From contig OZ287754.1 of assembly GCA_965649765.1 (NCBI GenBank), forward strand, positions 41,788,001 to 41,852,000: DNA of 64,000 nt. Direction: 5' to 3'. The number at the start of each line of letters is the position of its first letter. The first letter of the stretch is position 1. Made by a program: the position numbers and the translations under genes. The notes below the pieces were generated by a model, which made no database searches, had not been told where the DNA came from, and saw only the letters and a list, made by a program, of their open reading frames with translations. Below, piece after piece: positions 52,811 to 64,000 of the stretch. Source of the stretch: Bispira polyomma. Its lineage: Eukaryota.

Positions 52811-55800
52811 TCAAAGTACACTGCCATTGGTGTCCTTTGTCAGTTCTCTGTGCCTTCCTTCAAGTCTAAAATGTCCATATGTGTACACATAATTCCCCTC
52901 TCTGTCCTTATCACTAGACTGTTTATTCTTGTTATTTTCTGTTTCCAGTTCAAGGTCATCAGCGCCATCATAATATGGATTATCAGACAGTTCTACCTCT
53001 TCTCCTGTGATTTCTGTTCTGTTTTTATTTCCTGCCTGTTCAAGGTCATCAGCGCCATCATAGTAAGGATTATCAGACAGTTCTACAGCTTCTCCTCTGA
53101 CTACTGTTCCGGTACCTTTCGCTGGTTTTTCAATCTCCTCATGAGCGGCCTCTTTCAGATCTCCAAAACCTTCATAATATGGATTTTCATTCAGATCTTC
53201 TTTTTCTTCTTCTGCCATGGTTGGCATACAGTAGGTGTCATCATCAAGCTCAGAATCTTTGCTTGTTTCTTCTATTCCAGCACCTTTCTTTGGTTCTTCA
53301 AGTTCCTCATGCACTGGTTGCTGGGATTCTCCCAAACCTTCGTAATAAGGATTTTTACTTAGCTCTCTTACATTGATGGATTCTTTCTTTAAACTTGGTT
53401 TACATGCATCCTCCTGCAGTATAGTATACTCTCCCTTTGTGTTTGGTTGGTCCACTTGTTTAGGAGAACAATAATCATTTGTCTTTGGATCCGCATCATC
53501 ATACATATTATCTGTAGAAGTTCTCATCATATTTGTTTCAGCATGGTTACTTGTTCTATATATTGACGAGTGACACTTGTTTTTGGCTGGTGATGAGGCA
53601 TATCTAAAAAGTTATTATCATCAGTACAGAAGTTTATAATGAACAGAACTAACAATGACGTGTGTTTTTTTATTCCATATTTTTAGTTAAACGTTTTACT
53701 AGAGTGTGCTTATATATATTTGTATTTGGAAACAATAACAATGGTTATAGTTTGAAATATTTTAATAAAACTAAAAAAACTATAATGAAATGACTGAATC
53801 TGTTCTTTAACACTACATGCATCACTACTTTACCTAGACAAACCATAGCTAATTCATTCTTACCTGGAATAAAGAATATGTGAGATTACCCCTCCAAAAA
53901 AACTGATAGGAATCAACACCGCCAAAATGACTGCAACAACTGAAACACACAATACATTGCTTTAATTATTTCAATCTCCGAATATTTAATTTTATGAACT
54001 CAGTTTCATTCTTTTCATGTCTTATTCCAAATTGTCTCCAAATTAAATCCAAATTTTTTTACCGACCCACTCTGATAATGTGATCCAGATTATCACCCTC
54101 ACAAAGTTTTGATAATGGCGCTAAATTCTAAAAATAAACTTAATGTCAGCTGGCCAAGAACTTAGATTAAACAGACTATAGGATGCTAGACACTTTTAAT
54201 TTCTGGCAATAACCATAATTATGTTATTTACCATTACAAATTTATTTTCTATAAGCTTAAGATTTCTTTGAAAACCTTTAAAAAGAATTGATTACCTAAA
54301 TACTGGCTACTAGATGCCTGTTTTAAATCTTCACATGCTGCTTGTCCTTTGGCTGTAGGATTTTCACTGGCACTGACTGTAGTTGTAGCTGGCAAAACTG
54401 CTGAAACACAGGAAACTACAAGTTTATTTACAGTGATTTTCACTAAGAAACAGTAGTATCATGGTATCCCACCTAAATCACTAGATGTAAATCTAGGTAT
54501 TAAACAGCAGTGGAACATCAACCACAGTTCTATGCTCAAAAGTACGTATGTACAGCACAAACTATAAATCATGAACACCAAGGCTTTTGACTAGCAGATG
54601 ACGGCATTTGTTGAATGCTGAAGTAGTCTTTAAGCAACTCCAGTTGTCTGTAACCTATTACTGAAAATTGTTCTTCAGTTCCCAGCAATAGTTTTATCTT
54701 GGGATCAAAAGGGTAAGTAGTTTTGGTAGTCTTAGGCATATGAGGGTTTTTATATCAGTGCCAACCTTGGGTTCCAGAATCCATTATTTTGACATCACTA
54801 TCTGAAGTTAGGCTTTAAGATTACAAATAAGTACATCTTTTTACCAAAAAAGATGCAATTTTGGACTTCGTCTACTGCTATAGACCATTCAGGGGTCACT
54901 GGTTGTGTCTGATGCATTATGGTTAAAGCTTGCCCCTTATTTTGCATACAATGGTTAATTAATTTTGTAACTAATCTAAAGGTGTGTCTTTTTAACATAC
55001 AGTACTTAAAGCAGTAATAGTTAATTATTATAAGAACAGCTGACAGGGGTCTTCAAAATTTAGCATCTCAATGTTCAAAAATACCAGAATATAAAAAAGT
55101 TCTAGACTTTTTTGGTATTGACTGGACCTTTGTCCAGAATTTAGAGCAGACATATGCAGAGCTGTCATAAATTAGGAACCATAAAAAGATCTATCAGCCA
55201 ACGTAAAATGTCACCACAGTCAACGTCACAATTAACATGTGGATGACATCAGATAATATACCATTTCTTTACGTCACAAACTTGGAGGGTCTTTCCCACA
55301 TTGTCACGGAGATATTAGCTTTGCCAGGTATTTCTCGTATAATCTCAAATGCCTAAGTCTCCATGCACACATCCCTCACAATTAAAAAAACAAAAGGGGG
55401 GTCTATTATTAAATAATTTACTTAACATATTAATCTTGTTTCCTTAACAAGTAACAGATAATTTCATGACAAGTACATATTGGAACTATATTGTTTATTC
55501 TCATAATTCAAAACGGTATCTGTGAGGGATTGGTTAGCCTGCAAAACGATGGCGTTGTGAGGATGTGTGTGTTTCCACACCTCAAAGCCTAGTGAACAGG
55601 TAGTTTCAAGTATAATATATAATACATGTGATAATACAATACCATTTACCACAAAGTTCATGTCTTATGTCACTATGTATTGGATAAAATATAACTTTTA
55701 CCTGTTGTTGGTCTTCCTGGTGTTTCTGTATTCCTACTGTTGGTGATTTCCCTAGTCATTTCACTGGATGCTGAAGTAATCTTCGTGGAAGGCATTGTTG

Positions 55801-57543
55801 ACAATGTAACTGTGGTTGTGTTTGTCGTTGCTTCAGTTGTTGATGATGCTGTGCTTTGGGCCATTCTAGTTGTGGGGCATTCTGTATAGAAGTATAGTAC
55901 AACCTCTATTATCTGAACCTCAGTTATCCGAATACTCAATTTATGAACCCATTTTTATTTCTAGAAAAATAATGATTTCTCACTGTTTTATACAGAACTG
56001 CCTCTTCTATTTTATGAATCATCACTTATGCAAACAAAATGTTGCTGTCCCAACATTTTCAGACAATAGAGGTTTTGCAATTGTGACACTTTTTACTGCA
56101 GCATTTTTGTTGAGTGACAAACTTTTCCTAGATATTATTATTATATTTATTGGTTCACATAGCTTAAATATTTTCTTTCCGAAACCTGCCCAACATTAAT
56201 ACCAAGCAAGCTATACCAATTTGGTTGGCAGTAAGAGTTATACCCATGTTAAACCCATTCATTAAATTTTCACGAATAAATATATCCTTTAAATAAGCAA
56301 AAACCAAACCAAGACACAGGATGGCAGAAGGAAAAGAATGGCTCCCAGGTCTTATAGGACATTAAAACTCAGTTCTTACCACACTGTGGACAATCACTTG
56401 AAGTACTTGTAGTACAGGGATTCTCAGTATGGGGGGTTGGCGGCTCTGAACGGTCACAAGCTACAAAAATAAGAAATGTTCACATAGCTATGGACCCTTG
56501 CTTAAGGTAACAATACTTGTTTTGATTATATACAAGACCTGCCAATATAACTGATAGGTATTTTTTTAACAAATATATCTAAGTAGATTTCACTGTTTAT
56601 AATAGTTCAACTTTTAAAAAACAAACAAAAGTAGTATAAATACTCTTAAATGTGGTTTAACTATGACAAAGCTGTGCTAATTAAGTAGACTTAACCCTAT
56701 GCAAAAGTCTCACACATTATTGCTTGTATAATCATATTGGATGTTTTGTGTTTGTATTTGATATATATCTAAATGCAATATTTACTCACTGAATCTGTGC
56801 CTAAAAAGTAACAGGAACAAGTACAACATTTTATCACTACCATTTTCTTTGTAAAGCTACGAGTTAAAGATATGTACAGTAGTTTTCATTGAAGTTTATC
56901 TCAGATACCAGTGCATATTGATTTGTATTCAAAAGTTACTTTGGCCTTGTTGACCAATTTGAAATTGATATTTTCCTGGTATAATTGTTATGGTAATGTA
57001 ATTAGTTGAATGTAATTTAACATTCGATTTCTTACAATCGTTCCTACAGAGGTAGTTCAACTGTAGTAATCTTGCCCAACACCATAGATTGTTTTTATTG
57101 TTCGTCTTGCAGTCCTTCTGACAGTCTTTGTCTAATTGTACTGACCCCATTTCTGTTGTACAAGTTGTTTGATTCTGGCAATTATTTATGATTTTCATGA
57201 TTGTTGTAAACTTTAGTGAAACTATACATTTTCTGATGATACTGTCCTCTTGTTCCCAGCTACCTGCATCACAACATTGATTATATGTAGTGGCTTCAGC
57301 ACAAGGCTGGTCACTCCTCAGACGTGGTCTTATATAGAATCCATTGATGACATCGATTATAGAATCCTGGCAGTTTAGGGTTATGTTTATAGTACCTTGT
57401 GGCTTTCTGGAAGTTTCCGTCCAAAAACATTGTGTCTTAGACTTGTATTCTAGCAAGTCTGCATGTAACAAAGATTTAAGAAAACATATTCCAATAATTT
57501 GTGTTTTTATCCAATAAAAAACTTGTTTACCAGTAGGATACAT
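52811..57543 (-). CDS. Receptor paralog F with long mucin-like stalk; exons 57543-57036, 56460-56380, 55881-55702, 54400-54296, 53939-53864, 53603-52811 (~580 aa)
   Basis: Canonical junctions; stalk exons of 81, 180 and 105 nt all phase 1-1; Thr/Ser-rich exon; TM VVAVILAVLIPISFFGGVISHILY; four NPYY motifs and GNYVYTYGHFRLEGR; 1743 nt in frame. Confidence 0.8.
55892..56085. mobile_element. Tc1/mariner-pogo-like MITE; related fragment at ~1120-1278
   Basis: agtacaacctctattatctgaa...ttcagacaatagaggtt TIRs. Confidence 0.55.
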
Positions 57544-57720
57544 GGTTTATAGCATTGTTTCATAAAGTATTATTATTTTGTTACATTGAATAAAATATTA
57601 CTCCTATATAATATATCCAACTGACATAGCTTTATACCAAAATGAAGTCTTCATTTACAAAATATAGTCTTGAATACAGATTAAAATGTGTACTACACAT
57701 AAAATACACCTCCTTTCTAC

Positions 57721-57909
57721 NNNNNNNNNNNNNNNNNNNNNNNNNNNNNNNNNNNNNNNNNNNNNNNNNNNNNNNNNNNNNNNNNNNNNNNNNNNNNNNN
57801 NNNNNNNNNNNNNNNNNNNNNNNNNNNNNNNNNNNNNNNNNNNNNNNNNNNNNNNNNNNNNNNNNNNNNNNNNNNNNNNNNNNNNNNNNNNNNNNNNNNN
57901 NNNNNNNNN
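57721..57909. other. Assembly gap (189 N)
   Basis: Run of n. Confidence 0.99.
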
Positions 57910-58269
57910 GTTTTATCAAGCAAACATTTTCCTGTTCAGAAAAGTTTTTATTCAATATGATTCACACCTGTACAATTAGCCTACATAGAAACACTAGTAG
58001 GTATTTTCCACAAGGAAGTAGATATATGTATTTATATATATGCTGTGGTCCCACTTATAATATTGGTGCCATGTATTCCATAGTTCCATTTAAAAGCAAA
58101 AGCTTGTAACTATCTGGCTATAAGATCAAATCATTTGGAAGTTGAAGATATATGGAAAGATATCTGATCAAAAGGCATTGTACACACATTCCCCCACCTA
58201 TTGAAGACTCAATTGGATACACACAGTGGGATTTAAACTTTTGTTCTCAATCTACTTTACTTTTGGTTA

Positions 58270-59460
58270 TATATGATATGTATTATTGGGATGCACGGTC
58301 ACAATGCATCCTAAGATAAAACACTAAGAGAGCATGATGCCCCTACCTCTTATCTTGCTATTTAACTTGGTATGCCCTGTGATACTTCCATAATGCACCC
58401 TTTAAATTTTAATACCAACACTATATTAGTTAATATGTACTGTTAAAGTGTTATTTCATTTTTAACCTGAATTTAAGGTAATATGCACTGTTAAAATGTT
58501 ATTTCATTTTTAACCTGAATTTCGGTTAATATGCACTGTTATAGTGTTGTGTCATTTTTAACATGAATTATTAACAGCCTGTACAAGCATTGTTTAATTT
58601 TCAACAGTCTATCAAATAGTATCATATCTTTTTTACTGTTGAACACGATATCACCATTTTGTTTAAATGCCCCGAAAGCACCAGAGCGCCTAAAACTATG
58701 GAATGTGTAATTTTGTGACTGTAACTTAATAAAGTTCAAAACCTTTTTGAAGTGCCTTCTTGCCATGGAGTCTGTCAGTATAGACCTGCAATGCTTGTAT
58801 GTTTGAAACAAGATGTCATTGAGACTGCATAAGGTGAGTGTTGCCCCGCCCCTTTTTTTATTAGGGGCCTTTATATTGTCACTATATTTAAATCTATCTC
58901 AATGGACTAGGGTAACAGTTACATTCTGCCCATACCCCTGGGCTATTCATTTGGTTTTAGGTGGTTTTTTTTTTTTTGCGATTTTTGCACTCAGACCCAG
59001 GATGCATGTTCGATTTTCCCTCCAACGCAAAACATGCATAACAGATATGTTTATGGAAAGTGCACGCTGTTTCGTGGCTTTTGGTATTCTTACACTGGTT
59101 CTTATTATAAAAATTGCATTCATGGAATTTGTTTTCTGACTACAACTACTGCTCTGCCTTTTACTTTAGTAGATAGCAGTACTATTAACACTAGCATGCT
59201 TTTAAGCATTAGACCTTCGCGTCCAGTCTATCTTATCTACTGACGTTCAATTATCAATCTTGTCCTGCTCCATTCTACAAAGGAACACTGCATGGCTGGC
59301 CTTTGTCGATGGCCAGGAAAAGTCCCAAGCCTCATCGAGCAATACAATTAAGTACTCGAGCATATGCTCTTATTCAAGTGAAGTTGGCCAAGATTTGGAG
59401 GGTAACGGTTTTATATACGTTTCAGAGCTTTTCATCAGTCAGGTTGTGTGATCAGACATA
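58270..59460 (-). mobile_element. Degenerate DIRS/Ngaro-like remnant (gag and YR fragments); boundaries approximate
   Basis: FHSFRRSGA YR motif in ORF 58539-58811; the minus strand also reads LLDEAWDFSWPSTKASHAVFLCRMEQ and CNFYNKNQC..H..HICYAC. Confidence 0.72.
58432..58571. repeat. ~48-bp tandem repeat, ~3 copies
   Basis: aatatgcactgttaaaatgttatttcatttttaacctgaatt units. Confidence 0.75.
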
Positions 59461-60499
59461 AAGTCATCTAGAAATCTAGACATGGAGGTAGGTAAGTGTA
59501 TTAGTATATATCGAACCTAAAAGGTTTGAAAGTGACAATGAATCCAAATAAACTCAAACTTAAATTTTAGCCAGGCTGTTCACCTAAACAAACCTAACCA
59601 GGCATTAAATCAATCTATGTCTTAAGAATGCTGATATGGTTTCAACAAGTTCTTAAAAAAATTTTAATTTAGTTTCAACATGTCCTTAGAACATTTAAAG
59701 TTTTCTCATAACAAATGATATTTTTATTATTTCTTATTTTAGTGCTTGTTTTTTATTATATTAAATTCTAAGGCGTTTGGTTAGCTAGGTAGTCAGTATC
59801 AACAAGTAATAGATCATTAAACAAATGTGTTTTTAATTTGTGATGGAAGAAATGTAAGGTAAGAGCTGTCCTAATGCAATGAGGTAAACTATCCCACAGG
59901 GTAGGACCATAAGATGCAAAACTTTTATCAAAGTGAATCTTTGTTCAATGTATTCTGAACTTACAAGTGGGAATGTAACAGAAGTAGAAACCTCAAATAT
60001 AGCGATGCAGTGTATTAATGTTTTTATTATTCAGAGGAACCTGACAAATTTTACTTTTAAGTATTTGGTAACCTACTACATTCATCTTGAGTGTTACTTA
60101 ACCAAAGATAACATGAGTAGATATTACAACTTATTGTGCCACTTGTTATTCACTCTTCACCGTCTAAGTAATACATGGATTTTTGTATAGAAGATGATGA
60201 AGAAAAGAAAAAAACTACTTTATTCCCTATTACATATTTTAATATTTTACTTTCTAATACAATATATTACATGTTTCAAACACAGCTTTATGTTATTCCA
60301 ATAGGGTTTCAGGTGTTATTAAGGGATTATCTCTAATCAGGTGAAATGCAAATGTTGAATTTGGGATTAAATTACTTACTTATGATGAATAATATATTCT
60401 AAATAGTCAGTTGAAATTATATCAGCTATGATCACTACATATACATTCTGTATATTTAACAAGTTAAAATAATTTCTGTCATTAATGTATATTATTCTA

Positions 60500-62773
60500 C
60501 TTAATCTCTTATTCAGCGATAACTGTGTCGTCATAGTATGTGTCATCATTAAGCTCAGCATCTATGCTTGGATCTTCTGTTCTAGTCTTTCTTTGGTTCT
60601 TCAAGTACTTCTGGTTGCTTGGATTCACCAAAATTTTCATAATATGGATTTTCATTTGGTTCTTCTGCATTGATGGATTCTCCCTTCAAACCTGGTCTGC
60701 ATGCAACTTCCTGCAGCATGGTATACTCTTGTTTTTTGTTTGGTTGGTCCACTTGTTCAGGATGCTGATAATCATTTGTCTTCGAATCAACATCATCATC
60801 CATGTCTTTTGTAGAAGTTCTCACCATATTTGTTTCAACATGGTGACTTATTCCATATGTTGACGAGCGACATTTGTTTTTAGTTGATGATGAAGCCCAT
60901 CTAAAAAGTCATTATACATTAGTTTATAATCAAAATATTTAAAAAACTAACAATGATGGGTTTTTTATTACATGTGTATGTGTACATTACAGTTGGCTTA
61001 TATACTTTGTATTGTAATTGGAGAAAATAACAATTATAGTTAAATATTTTAATAAAACTGAAAATAAAATCACTCAATCTGTTGTTTAACACTACCGGCA
61101 TTACTACTTTATCATAAACCATGGACGAACAATAATAGCTTAGTTCTCAACTCGAAAAAACAATATGCGAGATTACTCCTCCAAGGAAGCTGATAGGAAT
61201 CAACACCGCCAGAATGACTGTAATAACTGGAACACACAAAACAACGCTTTATTAATTATCTCATTATCCAAATATTTTATTTTTTAAACATAGTTTTGCT
61301 CTTATTTATATGTCTTTTATTCCAAATTAGTATCCTAAATGTAAGTTGGCTTATCACTTATATTTACTGGACTATTGGATGTCAGTCACTTTAATTTCAG
61401 GAAACAACCATGATTATGTTATTATGTTATTTATTTGTGACTATAAGCTTAACATTTCTGTGAAAACACTTAAATATAAAGTAAATATGAAATAGTTAAT
61501 GTGAGAGAGAGACATCAATGAAATAAATAAAAAATAAAATTACATTAAAAATATGTAATACAATACAATACTGCAAAGCTGAAAATAATTTCTTGAATAT
61601 TTAATTGGATCTATAATGTTTGGATTCATTCATTTAAAATTGTGTATATAATTTGCAAACATAGTGGAATATCTTGTTTAACAATGCCTTGCACTGTCCC
61701 TGATTGCACTATTGGATTGTATACTGACAATCTTTGACTTTCTGCAAAACTATTAGATTGTATACTGACAGTGTTTGACTTTCTGCAAAACTATTAGATT
61801 GTATACTGACAATCTTTGACTTTCTGCAAAACTATGATATTGTTTACTGAAAATGCTTGGAGAGATTATTCATGATGCCAACCAAACATGAAAATATAAT
61901 AAGACAATTGTTTAACACATTTAAAATGGAAATAAGGTGGCAGCCAATTAGATTGCTTTCTATTACAAACAATAACAAATGCACATGTGAAAACTGATTC
62001 ATCCTGCCCAGTACTTTTTTCTGTTAATCTTTCCACTGGCCACTGATGTGAAAAATGCTTCTGCTCGTTTAAATCAAAGGTACCGCAGATATATTAGTAA
62101 ATTTGTTTTCGAAAACAGGTCCAAAATCAATTCCAAGAATACAAAACCCATGCTAAACCTATTTATTAAATAGGTCAAATATATGTGAAGTATATTTCCT
62201 TTGAATGAACAAAAACCCTTTTAATGTTAGTAGTTAAGGCGGTTTTTCAAAATAGGTCTAAAATCAATCCCAAACAAGCCATACCCTTAATAAACATAAG
62301 TTTTAAAGTTAATGAAGATGATATGCAATGCTTTTTCTCTAAATTAGTGGAAACTTTTTCTACATATGTAGGTATGGCAGCCATGTTGTTTTTAAAATGT
62401 TGTTGTTTTCCAAAACAGGCCTAAAATCAATTATGAACATACTATACCCATGCTGACCATATGTTTATAATTTCCTTTAAATAAGCAGAAACAGAAATCA
62501 ATCCTAAGCAAGCTATACCCATTTGGTTGGCAGCAAGCGCTATACCTATGCTTAACCCATTCATCAAATTTTATGAATATATATCTAATGTACTTTTCCT
62601 ATAAATGAGTAAAAACCAAACTAGGAACCGAAATAGTAGAATAAAAAGGAATAGGTCCCAGGTAACAGGGGACATTTCAACACAATCCTTACCACATTGT
62701 GGACTGTCACTTGAAGTACATATAAGCCAAGAATCCTCAGTGTGGGGGGTTGGTGTCTCACAAGGGTCAGAGG
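60500..62773 (-). pseudogene. Receptor pseudogene G (F-type): exon 62773-62693, TM exon 61226-61151, truncated tail exon 60900-60582
   Basis: Exons homologous to F; TM donor GT changed to TT; premature TAG at 60582; homology ends ~60500 so the C-terminal motif is lost; 180 and 105 nt stalk exons not found; ectodomain exon not in the window. Confidence 0.7.
61709..61853. repeat. 41-bp tandem repeat, ~3.5 copies
   Basis: ctattagattgtatactgacaatctttgactttctgcaaaa. Confidence 0.85.
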
Positions 62774-64000
62774 CTACAATAATAAGTAATATTGACACAC
62801 TTTTACATCCAGTATTTATAAAGCTTCTACTTTAGGTAACAATACCTTTTTTAATTAAAAACAAGAACTGTTAATACAAATGTCCACTCATAACTACCTA
62901 ACTTTGTGAGCCCTGATATTTGACAAGTATGTGTGTAAAAGAAATTAATCATGCCTTCATGTTTACTGAATAAACTATCTGTAAAGCAAACAATGAATAA
63001 AGTTTTATATATTTGTCAACGAACAGATAATTTTCACTAACTGCTTTGAAACAACAGTTACACATATTTTATGTGTAACGATTGAGACCTTTTATTTATA
63101 CAGCTGGTTACTGTAAACCGCATCATTTTTGCTTAGTTTAGTAAAACCACATTATACTTTTTACAACAACAAAACCCAGATTCTAAATTTGTTTTTTTAC
63201 ATAGTTTTTAATTAATAGACCTTTTCAACAAACAAATGCCCTTTCACTCACGTGACCTACAGTGGGTCAACAAAGTTCCACTGTGTGTGATATTTCCATA
63301 TGGTTTATCAGTGTTTATGAGAGTACTGCTTTTGATTGCTTTAATACTTGTGCTATCAAAGGGATACCTTTTAAAACTTTTCCCAAAAATAATAAAAGAA
63401 TATAATTAAGTTGCATTTTAAATTACTTTTGTCATAAAATAACAATAAATATTAAGGAAATAAGCTATAAATAGGCCTTCTGTATAGAAGTATATGAACA
63501 AATAAAGATAATGTATTCTAGAACATCAGTTTGGGGACTATAAAACATTATATACAGAGTTAATACATTAGTAGGGGAGTTCTTAAAAATTGTTCACTTA
63601 ATCTATATGTGTTTTACAATACTTAGAGCTAAAATTTATTAATGTCACTATTTTATCCTTTGTCGTCCACTATATATCTTTACAGAGTATACATAAGTGA
63701 CTCACTCTTGTTTATTAGAATATAGGAATGTTGAAACATAAGTTAACTTATATATATGTATATAACATAAAACATGCGTTATATACAATACAAACATGTG
63801 TTATCTTGTATGAATTTATAATTATTGTAAAATTTTGTAAATTCCATTAAAGTAAAACATTTAGCTTTTATGAGGAGTTTCTCCCCTCTTTAGTCAGATA
63901 TTCAAATATCATGTATATTTTACATCCTATATGTGAAATTGCTCATTTAATGAAATGGGCCAGAAAATTTCATGAAATGAGCAACCCAACTGCATATTTC

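Noticed and set aside
52850-53362. Hydrophobic + strand ORF (also 8430-8696, 35680-35964, 47109-47336, 60540-60863)
   Set aside because: Antisense shadows of the real minus-strand exons
53410-53435. Classical ITAM/ITIM in the tails (e.g. EYTIL)
   Set aside because: Isolated YxxL only; spacing and the -2 residue do not meet the consensus
56790-56800. Possible 11-nt micro-exon in gene F
   Set aside because: Good-looking splice signals, but it would shift the frame; needs transcript data
57632-58109. ORFs spanning X runs
   Set aside because: Artefacts of the N gap

Overview
AT-rich eukaryotic (invertebrate; the SINE and MITE content suggests a mollusc or other spiralian, inferred) genomic window with one assembly gap (57721-57909). 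The main content is a head-to-tail tandem cluster, all on the minus strand, of multi-exon type I membrane receptor genes that the ORF track shows only in fragments. I reconstruct five intact-looking paralogs (A 5781-8887, B 16591-27291, D 35684-40924, E 43085-47395, F 52811-57543), two probable pseudogenes (C 9850-11127, G 60500-62773) and a possible divergent first exon (1422-1641). Each intact gene encodes a signal peptide, a 12-Cys SUEL/rhamnose-binding-lectin-like ectodomain lacking the canonical sugar-binding motifs, a variable number of phase 1-1 stalk exons, a 73-82 nt TM exon and one long acidic cytoplasmic exon with 1-4 NPxY motifs and a conserved C-terminal G[HN]Y[VM]YTYG[HY]FxLEGR motif. 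The cluster carries many mobile elements: a near full-length Ngaro-like tyrosine-recombinase retrotransposon with split direct repeats and a candidate in-frame gag-to-YR splice, three degenerate relatives, a non-coding derivative, PIF/Harbinger-like and Kolobok-like MITEs, tRNA-derived SINEs, LINE fragments and minisatellites. Gene models were derived by eye from splice signals, reading frame and paralog comparison, without transcript evidence.
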